Part shown: positions 27,349 through 38,602 of the stretch, piece by piece
Position numbering within the stretch: position 1 is the stretch's first letter
Layout of the letters: the number at the start of each line of letters is the position of its first letter
Assembly: GCF_964355755.1 (NCBI RefSeq)
Contig: NC_092677.1
Location: 16,948,101 to 17,012,100 of the forward strand
Length of the DNA: 64,000 nt
Reading direction: 5' to 3'
From: Antedon mediterranea
Lineage: Eukaryota > Animalia > Echinodermata
Translations under genes and position numbers: made by a program
Notes under the pieces: generated by a model
What the model was told of the DNA's origin: nothing
What the model saw: only the letters and a program-made list of their open reading frames with translations
Database searches by the model: none

Positions 27349-27979
27349 AAGTTTATGTGACAACAAAATGGACATGATGATGTCATATCATTAACCTATT
27401 TGAGCATATTAGTAATAGTACCATATTTGGGCACATCACACTAGTTTGATATTGTAGACAGAGCCTAACAGTATTTAGAAATTAAGTTTATAAATTGGTT
27501 TGTAATAACATAATTAAATATTACTTTATACAGTACACAGAAAAATATGAAAACATGAATTGCTTCTTCTCTTTTCCCCTTGAAAAATAAATTTTTAATA
27601 TTTTGTTGTTGAATGTTAATTAAATTTCACATACCGGTAGTAATTCACTTTGATCAAACTCTTGATTAAAAAAAATATTTACCTGAAAAAAATGTAATTT
27701 AAAGCACAACATTATTTTGTCTTTTTAAAGTGATCACTGAAATAATTTTTTTCTATACTGTAGAACTGAATAACTTTTTTTAAATTTCTCACAGATGTAA
27801 TTGATGATGTCACACCTTGATACGATTGTCAAAGAAGGAAGTGCAGTTTGTGAAGGAGAAAATACGTCAAGTCTAATCAACTGTATAGTTGTCATAGAGA
27901 AGCGATGCATTAAAATTGATTTTGCTGCCCCGTGACGACATTCAAGCTATTAATAAATACTGTGTTCACTTTTAAATAT

Positions 27980-28230
27980 AGACAGAATTAAGGAAATGGA
28001 TAATATAAATTATGCCTAATCACCTTACAAACAATGAAGAAAACTATCAGGAAAGTAAAACGACCCGTAGGAAGACCAAGAAATAATTAGATGAACCAAA
28101 TAAAGAAAGACTTACAAGGACTAGTAGACACTAACACAATAACAAACCATCCTGCCATAAACAGACAAAAATGGAAACAAATTGTAGAAAGCGTAATGTC
28201 GGAAGACGGAAAACATTAAGAAGAAGACCT
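27980..28230 (+). mobile_element. RTE-clade LINE 3' fragment
   Basis: Degenerate KRPVGRPR..xMNQIKKDL peptide and an (AGA)n tail. Confidence 0.55.
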
Positions 28231-28411
28231 TACAAGTCTGTGTGAACTGAAAGATTATTTAATGCATGTAATTTGCAATATTTGCATGTAACATCATGGA
28301 GGAAACAAATATTCCTCTATGGTAACATCATCATTCTTTTAAGCTGAAATGTTTGCCAAGTTTGTTAATGATACCCCACAAAATTATAGACTAGTAATAT
28401 TGTAGTAAATA

Positions 28412-28555
28412 GTGGCGAAAGATCTGGAGAAAATGGGCCTCAACTGGGAGGATGCAAAGACACATGCGCTAAACCGAGTGAAATGGAGATCAGATGTTGC
28501 TGCCCAAAGTTCTTTAGAGAACAGGAGGAACTAAGTCTAAGTAAGTAAGTAAGTA
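28412..28555 (+). mobile_element. RTE-clade LINE 3' end
   Basis: VAKDLEKMGLNWEDAKTHALNRVKWRSDVAAQ...* followed by a (TAAG)n tail. Confidence 0.75.
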
Positions 28556-30507
28556 ACATAGTAGAATGCAGATAGTAAGTCATATCTTCCTCACTCCTCC
28601 TTCTCTACTTTATAAAATGAATGATGTTTTCTATAAATTTAGAGATTTGAGCAAGTACAGCAAAACTGTTTTTCAGTATATTTCTTAATTCTCTTTTTAG
28701 CAATGGTAAGTTTAGGTTGTCACTTTTCGTCATGAAAACAGTTGCCATTTTGTGAAAGAGGACAGTCCACATGGAATGATAATTATACAATGACATTGGC
28801 AGATTTGAATGTTCACTGAGAATTGGAAATTACCAGGCTACTGTACATACCTAGTATTCTAGGCTTAAATTTCAATGTTAAATGGATTTTTTTTGGTAAA
28901 AAAAGTATGCCAAGTCAGATATGATTACTGTTAAACTAAGCAGTTTTCATTGATTAGACCTGAAGACTTGGACTAAATGGCTCTCATTTATTTTATACCT
29001 TATTCAATCTAACATAACCAGTAGATGATTAATTATCTTGTGTGATTTATCGCACCAGGTGAAATATTACAATACATCATTTTTCATTTTGACAAATTAT
29101 ACGGTATCTATATATAAATTTACGTAAGGCCAAAATACGGTAAATCGCGCGTTATTTCTAGAATGTTTACTCGATGGTATATAAAGTTAGTTAGAATATC
29201 GGTACTAATTTTAACCACCTGATGTAACCCTGTTTACTAATTAAATTGAGTTAGATAATTAGTTATTGACGATTAAAACGAATTTGGGTTCAACGATTTG
29301 CCCCAAATAGGGATGTTTTCCGATCGTGGTATACACTGTCTTATGGATGTCCTCATGAAAAATACCTGCGCACCATAATACGAGGATGCTTCGCATTTTC
29401 CTATCTCCTCCTACGATAATTGTTTTTAATAGCTGAAAACTGGTTGGACAGCTTGAGTACAGTATCATAATGTTGAAGACAGGCCGATTTTCTTAAAAAA
29501 ATACTATTTTGATAGATTTAATATACGTTTATACAAATGTATTGATTTGCGATGAATGGAACATTCCAATCTCTGTTCCACAAGTGTCTATTCCCTCAGT
29601 ACTGTATACTCATAACAGAAATTCGATCCATTTTTTTTTCAATCTGTGCTGCAGAGGTTGGATATAATTTTTTTTAAACGGATAATGAGCTAGTGCTAGC
29701 GTTTTCAGTCGCCGTATATTATGTTCAAATCTTTATTATTGCAGTTAAACCACCCACATCATCACCCTTCCCTCACTGGCATGAGTAGCGTTGTAAAGCC
29801 ATAGTAGAGCCTGATAGGCCTACGGTGATCATATGCCCTAAACGCAAAACAACTTTGGTGGGTAGGGTAGGAACCAACTTAAGTATGAATTGGCTCTAAG
29901 AAACAATTGAAAACCATTAGGCCTACTATAATTAAGTTGAGTTAGATAATTTAATATTTATTGACGATTAAATCAAATTTATGATTTTCCTCGAATAGAG
30001 GTGGTTTTCACAAATTGTTTTACATTATATAAACATACACGCCGTAGTGATGTATCGTTACATGTACTGCTATTTCAATCTACTAGGACGGTGATACTGA
30101 TAGTTTCAACAACGTATTACATCGCAATGTTTTACTGTGTTTAGTGGTATATTATTTGTAAAACATGAAAACAATTAATATTTTGTTACTAATAAATGGA
30201 TAAAGAATATATTTAAAAATTTTTCCTCTTTGCACCCATCCTCTTCCTCATCCCTCAACCCTAATGTTAAATACAAAACACAAATTAAGTTTGTTTAAAT
30301 TTGACTTAAACAATTCAAATTGGTCTCATTTTGTGACAAGTTTCTCTTTCGGAAGTAATTCCCAGGGTGCTAATTTTAGTTGAGTACATAAATCAGTGTC
30401 TATTTATTTGTTCCTGTAAACGACATGTATTATTGTACGTACATTTGAAATCGTCAGTTTTTAACGCTGAAATTATTATGTATTCGAGAATCATCTGTGG
30501 GCACGAC

Positions 30508-30544
30508 CTAGATGATACGCGAGCGAAGCGAGCGTATCATCTAG
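30508..30544. mobile_element. Helitron/Helentron-type terminal hairpin remnant
   Basis: TAGATGATACGC-GAGCGAAGCGA-GCGTATCATCTA. Confidence 0.45.
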
Positions 30545-30574
30545 TTATAATAAAATATTGATGACTTGACTCCT

Positions 30575-30850
30575 AAATATTGATAAGGACTATAAACTGT
30601 AGGTCCAGTGTACACATCTGCCTCATGTGCACTTTATAGAACCTAGTACATCTTTCGAGACGAGTAGGGGGTTACCCCGGTGTACAAGTATACTGTATAC
30701 TAGTAGTACACGGGTAGAATATGTACCGTATACTGTGTTATTATACACACAGCCACTGTCACTCATCAAGAGGGCCCTTGATTGTCAGCATACCTACGCT
30801 GTTTAGGGTCACCCTCTATAAATAAGGTGTAATAAAAAAATAAATAAAAT
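30575..30850 (+). mobile_element. 5'-truncated SINE with Meta-domain-like core
   Basis: AAGGACTATAAACTGTAGGTCC...GCACTTTATAGAACC...GAGTAGGGGGTTACCCCGGTGT resembles the MetaSINE core as I recall it; A-rich tail. Confidence 0.6.
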
Positions 30851-31136
30851 ATATTAATTTTATTAGACTTGATTCACAAGGACCTTAATTATATTTTAGA
30901 CCTCTCGAAATCGAAATAATTTACAATTTCAATCACAGGGTTATTTATTAATTTAATAATAAATAATAACATTTAAAATACATGTGACAGAGAGCAGGAT
31001 ATCCCGTGGATGCTCAAGTATTAAATTCCACCCCCTCCTCCTAATCCCCAAACTCAGTAGGCAACCTGGACTCGGCCTATACTCTCGATCTTCTAGGCTG
31101 CATTGGGCCTAGCTAGCTATGCCTAAACATTCTTAC

Positions 31137-31283
31137 CTGTTTTTCTTTCAGATTTTCACCAGGGGCTAGGGCAGCCAGCCTCGATTTGTTCTTGGGATCA
31201 CCTGCAGGACTTTGCTGCCGCTTACCACCACCACCAGCTTTGATCCTATTCAGGGGTGTCTTTGCAGTCTCTGATTCAGACAT
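31137..31283 (-). CDS. Candidate distal first coding exon of the dynein gene (MSESETAKTPLNRIKAGGGGKRQQSPAGDPKNKSRLAALAPGENLKEKQ)
   Basis: 49 codons ending CAG|GTAAGA (phase 0). The join gives [16 protein letters not shown], a continuous charged helix. TGTTTAC plus an X-box-like motif lie about 150 bp upstream. Confidence 0.65.
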
Positions 31284-31425
31284 GCTGGTACTTAAATTAC
31301 TCAATGAAACCAAAACTATGTGTATTGTATAACAAATGTTTATCTACAAGATATACTCCATTTCCCGCTGTAATTAGACATAAGTTTATATTTAATTTCT
31401 AACGTCCAATACAGCCATGTTGGAT

Positions 31426-31447
31426 TGTTTACTAATCTCCAAGAAAC
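31426..31447. promoter_or_regulatory. Forkhead site plus X-box-like motif upstream of the distal dynein exon
   Basis: TGTTTAC (31426-31432) directly followed by ATCTCCAAGAAAC (31435-31447). Confidence 0.4.
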
Positions 31448-32249
31448 AAGACTGATTGATTGGACTCGTCCATTTATGACGGAGGGTGGAACGCAACAAA
31501 TAGGGGGTTTCCCAAAAACTATCGATCGAACGGCCAACTTATTGATTAATGTCAAAATAAGAACATTTGCATCTGAAATTGGCGAAAAATATAAGAAGAC
31601 AGATAAGTAGTATCTCTTTAGTTTCTCTTTTGTTTTAATAATAAACCAGATAAAGGCGGAAGCCGTGGTTCTATCACAATTTAAACACTGCCCTCTACGA
31701 CATCATCATCAAGCACTACAAAGCATCGGTAGGCCTCGGCCAAAAATCATCTCTCTACTTTTAGTTGGCCTAACGATATATATAAAGACAAACCTATACA
31801 ATAACTATTCCAGTAGGCCTCAGAAGACATTGAAAACCATTTTCCACATGTAGCCTACAATATCAAAGTGCAGTGTGCAGGTTGAAACGTTGATTAATAT
31901 TTATAAAAAAGCTATAACCTGAACATCTGATACCATAGAAAAAACGTCAAAGAGCATCCTTTCGGCGGCATAGGCCTGTGTTGTTTTAATCTGAATCTGA
32001 CGTGCGTTTAGGCCCTACAGTTTGAGTCGAATACAACTAATTGATCTGTTAATCAACAAACCAAGTCATTTAATTCTAAAGTTTGTTGAATTATTTATTT
32101 AAAAATAAACGCAAGCAAACTATAAAATTGGCCTATTAATATTTTCTCGAAAAAAAATAATAAGACGCTTCTTGTAATGTGATAGGCCTATACAACATAT
32201 ATTGTCAACAACAACACGTTGTCACAAATTATTGAACCATATCCTTGTG

Positions 32250-35200
32250 CTATTTTATCCATGTTATAAAGTTCCTCGTAATGTGATATACAACATAACA
32301 ACAAATCGTAAAAATTATTGACTGATTTGGGAAGGATGCCCGTCCAGTCGGACCAGCATATTTGTTAAACACTGTTACAAAACTTCCGCCATTACAATGG
32401 GCTGTGCTGTCTCCGAGGCATGCTGCGTATTTCATGACGTGCATTATGTAATTCTGTTCGTGGACGCCGTGCAGTAGATGTGCCATTGGTCCGTCGGCGT
32501 AGATTGACACGTCTTCGCCTCCATGACTCTCTGATATACGTGGAACTAAAGCTTGCTGAATGTATACAATTGATTCTATCATAGAAAACAAACACAATTG
32601 AAAGTCGGGTGTGTATTTACAGCGTGATTCTAACATTTATAACAAAAAAGACAGCAGGGACCGAGGGCATAATTTAGATTCTACATTAAGTCATTTCAGA
32701 CGACACAGCCAATTTCGCGTCAATCTGCCGCACCAGAAAGAATCGAAGACCCGCGACGACGACGACCGTACACTTTTTAAATGCACATGTCTGTAATAAC
32801 AGAAGAATCCAACATTGTAACCTCGACATATAGACGAAATTGGGTACGACGACTTTGACAAACCAAACTTACTGCGCATGCGTATATAACTAGGTCGTCA
32901 CCGCTCCATGATTCTAATTAGGATGTTACACAAGCGTAACGCTATGTAATGTGACCAATCACAATACGATAGACCATCATTCATGGCGTCGTGATTGGTT
33001 AAATTACTTGTGTTGCGTTGAGTAAGTAAAGCTTTAGGAATAATGGACGGTTTCAGCAGTAGGCCTACTAAGCACATAAACATGATGATGCTGTCGAGTT
33101 ATAACTTTGAAGGACTAACATCAGCCACCATTCTTCAATAAGCGTATTAAATATTACCTGTTATATTTCCTGGATCAATGCGTCGCCCAAATGCTTTGAA
33201 CCCGGCCCACGTTTCAATACCTCCTGGCCCATTAGCGTATGAAAGCGTCGTGTAAGGTACACCATCAAGACCCACAGATGTGTCATCGATTCCTGGAATT
33301 GAAAGGCAACATTAATTATCATAAAAAGTGCATTGGTTAACATTACAATGTTCTTGTCTTTCGACTTTCAGTGTGTGATTTCAGAAGTCGACGAGGACAT
33401 TTGACAACTACAATAAATATCGTAGTACTTTCCATATCGAAGCATATTCAAAATATTGACGTTTCCATCCTGTTAAACGTCATTTTAATGTTGACAACAT
33501 TTATGCCAGTATTTATTTCTGTTTATTTATTTATCACTGTCACTCACTCTTATCTGAACAATGGCTCCACCATTGATAATTTGGACACTGTCCTTGTAAA
33601 TATCTGTCATAAAATGTATCTTAAATGTTCAAGAAGTAAAAGTTTGAGTTTGTAACCTAGAATTGGATTTCCACGACTTGGGTATCCCCCAAACGTCATT
33701 GTATGGCTATGATCCGCAGTCACAATCATGAGAGTGTCGTTTATATTGGTTAAAGAAGTAGCTTTTGTAACAGCATCAGCCATGGCGATGGTGTCATGAA
33801 GAGCAAGCGACGCAATCCCATTATGATGTGCATGATCAACCCGAGCACCTTCGACCAATAGGAAGAATCCTTTTTTGTTTTTTCGAAGAATTCTTATAGC
33901 CTTTTCAGTCATCTCTGATATGGAAGGTTCACCGGCAATATCGTTATATCGTAAAGACTCGTACTGCATGCTGCTATATTGGAACAGGCCTAAAGTAAGA
34001 AAATCAATTGAGTTTTCAAAGTTTTGAAGAGTGGCTAATCGAATCATTTCTTTCTTCTGGATTAGTTTATTCCATCTTTACACACCAGACTATAACTTAT
34101 GTCTTCATAAAAATAAGTTTAAAATGATGTGATGAATTAATATTATTTTGTTTTACTTACAATATTTATCAAGACTTTATTACACCAACCAGATCCAAAA
34201 CGCGACGTGATGCGACAGTAAGAGCGGTTAACTAGAATTGGCAATGTGCAAGAGAGCTGCAAACAGATCTATGGCCTATAATGTCTATATAAGACTGATT
34301 CTCTTTAGATAACAAACTATCTCCCACGGACTATGCAACGTACAATCGTCGCCTGCAATAACTGATTTCACTCTCAAAAAGCGAAACCGTACGCGTAAAC
34401 TTAGCCTAGGTCGTCTTAGGCTAATGTTTGTAGTCAAACAATAGTCTTTCGGTTCTGACAAACAATAAAACGTGACATGAGGTAAAACTTCTGTCCGGAA
34501 TATGAATGGCTGCTACGCAACAAATATGTTGGCCTACAAACCTAAAAGATGATCGGTCTCTTCTGGATTAATTTGGTCAAATTCAGCTTGATTCCAAACG
34601 TAGTGCGTCGTTGAGTTTGGTGGTTTTGAGTCTATCCATTCCTTTATTAAGTTACGTCCATCTTTTCGTTCTCCAAACCGAACATGTTCCGGATCACGCG
34701 TATTAATTCCTAGGAATTTACTTCTACCACCGGCAAGAGCTACCTACATTATAAAAGATATAAATATTGTATGGTGTTAATATCAGATTTGACGAATAGA
34801 AACCGATAAGGACGTCAGGGCTTTGAAAGTTACCAGTTACGACGTGCGGCGGTAAGAAAGTACCAATGCAGTTAGTGATGAAATAGAGTATGATGAAAAC
34901 TTGATATCACGTATGATGGGACTGGTGCTGGATACAGTGGTAATTCGGCTACTGATAATGTACTACCTTCACATACGGTATCATATATAGCGACAATAAA
35001 CAGTATGCATGTCTGCCGACAGATAAGATAAAGATAAAATGCTTTTATTGCAACAATTGAATTTGTTGAATTATACAGCAATCTTTCTTTCATATAGGTT
35101 TCTGTTATTATATTGACTTTTGTTCTAAGGCGTTATTAAGTCTTTTCTGACAGCCCCGCACATTATTGTTGTTAGGTAATCACCATATGAGAATGGGTGG

Positions 35201-37440
35201 ATAATGACAACGTAAGTTATGCTTATCCTCATTATTTGTTTGACAAGAAATAATGACGTTGCTGCTACTGGTTTGATAGTTAAAAGCACTGAAGATGGAT
35301 AATGATCTTTTGAAATGATGATTATGACAATGGTGATTATGAAGGTGATTTCAGTTTGGGGATGTGTACGGAACTATTAATCTGCCTAAAAAAAAGTATA
35401 TATTACATCGATGTCAACATTTTCTACAAACTGTCTAGCAATATCTCTGCATCCCAGTTTAGCTTCCTCTTCTGGTATATCAGCATCACATTCCCAATTC
35501 CTCTCAGGCACATGCGCATAAACACCCGCCGGGGTGGCATGTGTTAATCGGGTGGTAGTTACAATACCAACAGATTTTCCTAAAAGAATAAGTTGAAAGA
35601 CTGTTGAGTTACTGCTTTTTAAATTGTTAAACACAAACTATTCTGAGAAAATGCTCTCCTGTGTTTCAGAATGGGATGTTTTATCTTGGCATGTGCTTGG
35701 ACCTTCTTCCATCTGGGTATGTGCTTGGGGTTCATTTGCTTTTAATTTTATGTGACAAGATATGCCAAATAAACCACTTGATTAATAATTACCTCTTCTT
35801 AAATTATTTTAAACTAAACACAAATCAGAGAGGTATGATTAACAAGATATGTTCTAAATTGAAGTGTTATTGTGTAATTATCCTCACTATCTCATGCCAC
35901 CTCACGGTACGTGTTCGGTTTTGCTCAGCCTTACATTTTTGACTATTTTATTTGTTCTATTCAAATTTTAATGAATCGAATCTTTAAATAATTGAGTTAC
36001 CGGCATCTTTAGCTAGATTCAAAATTGAATCGACATCAGTTCCGTTAGATGAAGCACAGTCACTTCGTTTAGCTCTACCATCTTGTCCTACAACACCACG
36101 ATTGGTCTTGGCGCCACAGAGGTAGGCAGTTGCAGTGCCGGCGGAGTCCGGTGTTTGAAAGTTAATGTTGTAAGTCTAAAGAATACAAACATAGACGTTT
36201 GTAGTTTAATACTTATAATTAGTAATCGCTCTCATATTCTTCTGATCCTTTTCCTCAATATGAGGTGTTTCAGAAGAAAGAAATTGCGCTACCCTTTCCA
36301 CTACAAGATTTGCTGAGCTTTTTGATTTTCATGTGAAGTCGTCATATCATAGCTCATTGCCTGAGCTCTGATTGGTTGCGCAAAAAAAAAATTCTTACCT
36401 TTGATAACGCTACATGAGGAAATTCTTCCCACGATAATACATGCTCTTCTCCAAATTTTCCCATTCTTTGTCCTTGTAGAATCCTAGCAGCTGTAACAGT
36501 CGGAATTCCCATGCCATCCCCAATAAATAGTATAATATTCTTCGCAACATTTTGATTTAATCGTTGACCGTTCAGGGCTTTGTTGAGGGTTTGACTGGCC
36601 TGGTTATTCCAATATTCGGCATCTTGTGACAAAATGGAAATGCGTCATGAGAGTTGGGTTTGTGACAGGAGCATTCGTATTCGACTCTGTAGCTGTAACT
36701 AGGTAGAACACGTTTCTGGATTACTTGCAAGAGTCAGTTAAGCTGTACCTAGTAACAGCTGCAGAATCGAATGAGCATTCTATGGCTAACATCTATGGCA
36801 TGGTATGAATGTGACGTAATTCACGATCTCACTCATCCATGGTTTCTGTTACCGTACTAAAATGTATTTAACATAATATTCCTCCTCAGTGCAAAAAAAA
36901 AAATCAATTAACATTTTATAATACAAGTCGAAAAAACATGTTTAAACAACCGTACCCAAATATAATGTACTATTTTTATTAAAGGATGACGCGAGTATAA
37001 TCGTTGAATATTTTTGTATTTCTTTCGAACGTGTTTGTATCTTATAATTTATGTTTTTTTTGTATTTTTTTGCTGAATATTTATGTACATCTGTACACTT
37101 TGAAAATGGTACTGTTGTGACAGGCCTACGTAATGTTGTTAATGTTAATGAAAGTGTTATCACGTAAAGACAAAAAAATAAATCATTTATTCAAGACATA
37201 TGCCATGGGTATGTGTGAATCCTGCAATCGGCGATCTAGTGTATTCCTATTGAATAACACCTATGTTTTAACAGAAACTACTTGGCCTAATAATGTAAGC
37301 CTATTTAAGATTATTAATAAGCGTAGAGATAAGAAATATTTTTTGTAATACTTACACTGTGGCTTGCTTATTGTAACCAGTCCAAATAGAATGAATAGGC
37401 CTAGACAATCTGTCATTATGCCTATTTTCTTCAATGACAT
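32250..37440 (-). CDS. ALPL: Alkaline phosphatase (tissue-nonspecific-like), likely GPI-anchored
   Basis: Exons 37356-37440 (signal peptide), 36399-36622 ([11 protein letters not shown]), 36001-36175 ([11 protein letters not shown], catalytic Ser), 35407-35579 (THATPA), 34542-34743, 33657-33989 ([12 protein letters not shown]; VTADHSH), 33158-33292, 32250-32575 (ESHGGEDV; hydrophobic C-tail). Phases are consistent and the metal ligands are present. The symbol denotes family similarity, not proven orthology. Confidence 0.93.
36679..36773. mobile_element. Small hairpin MITE remnant in ALP intron 1
   Basis: ATTCGACTCTGTAGCTGTAACTAGGTA versus TACCTAGTAACAGCTGCAGAATCGAAT, an imperfect inverted pair. 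Confidence 0.5.
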
Positions 37441-38096
37441 TTTATAACATAAAAGTCAATAATATAATGGCTACAGAGGCCAATTTGATACACATGCGTA
37501 GATTTGTTTTGTGCTTGGTTACTTTGATAAGTTTAGACTTTGAACAGACCCGTTGAAATGATTATCGCAGACAGTATTCTGATTTCTATCGCATTGTAAC
37601 AAATAGTAGCTGCCCTGTTATTTACGCCCACAAACTGTTTGAAATATGTACTTATACTTGTATTATTAATTTATCATTTTGAAAAACCTGTTTGACTTTA
37701 AAATACCAAGAGTATACTCTTGATACATTTCAAATTATTGACATCCAACAAGATAATGTTTGTATTACTTAATGTAACACTTTGAAAAAGCTTGGTTACC
37801 ACATGGACGCAAAGTAATGACGTAGGCACTGCGCAAGTGAGTTGCAAAATCACAACAGTACATTCAGACGCGCAGTTTTATCTGAGTTTTGCTAGGTAAT
37901 TACAAAATATAACAAGAAAATCCTTATTTAAATAAAGTATTAAAATACTTTTAAATGTGCAATAGTAAATTGATATGTTTATGAAGCTGCGTCGCTCTTT
38001 GTAATTATTGTAATACATACATGCAATATATACAGGAAACAAAATACACATTTTATAAGTAACGATTTATTATTAATTTTTGTTTACATACTAAAT

Positions 38097-38238
38097 GAGT
38101 GGCTAAGCGTTTGAGACAGTTGAAACGTAATTACGCACAGTGTAACCATAACAACGCTGAGAGTTCAATGCTCACTCGCCCCCATAGTTCTAGTAGTAGA
38201 TAGACCGTAGTAACTTTAAAGAACCTACTAGTACATCA
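38097..38238 (+). mobile_element. tRNA-headed SINE fragment related to 30575-30850
   Basis: GAGTGGCTAAG A-box-like and GAGTTCAATGC B-box-like motifs; shares CTTTAAAGAACCTA..TAGTACATC with the other SINE. Confidence 0.45.
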
Positions 38239-38602
38239 CAGCACAGTATAAATGATTATTAACAAAAAAAACTTACGAATTTTTTATCTAATATTTATAT
38301 ACATCATCAATGATTGACTAATCTCTACTGCATTTCATATACTATAATTTGTCTTGGAAACCCACACACTGCAGCTGTCAGACACACTATCGCAAGTCTT
38401 CAGAAACTGGTCTAGGTGTACTTACGACTTCCTGGACTGGTTGGTTGCAGTATCCAAAATGTAGTAATCGGACCATTTTGAATCAAAAGACCTATTTTAT
38501 CGGATCAATCAAAACACGACATGCATAACTTAATCAAATATTCAGTATCCAATATATGTCGCATCCTATATCCAATCAATCGCAGCTCACTAATTTAGTA
38601 CG

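Noticed and set aside
28605-28796. ORF MATVFMTKSDNLNLPLL... as a fourth dynein first exon
   Set aside because: Good ATG context but only a weak phase-0 donor (GCT|GTACTT); not supportable without RNA data.
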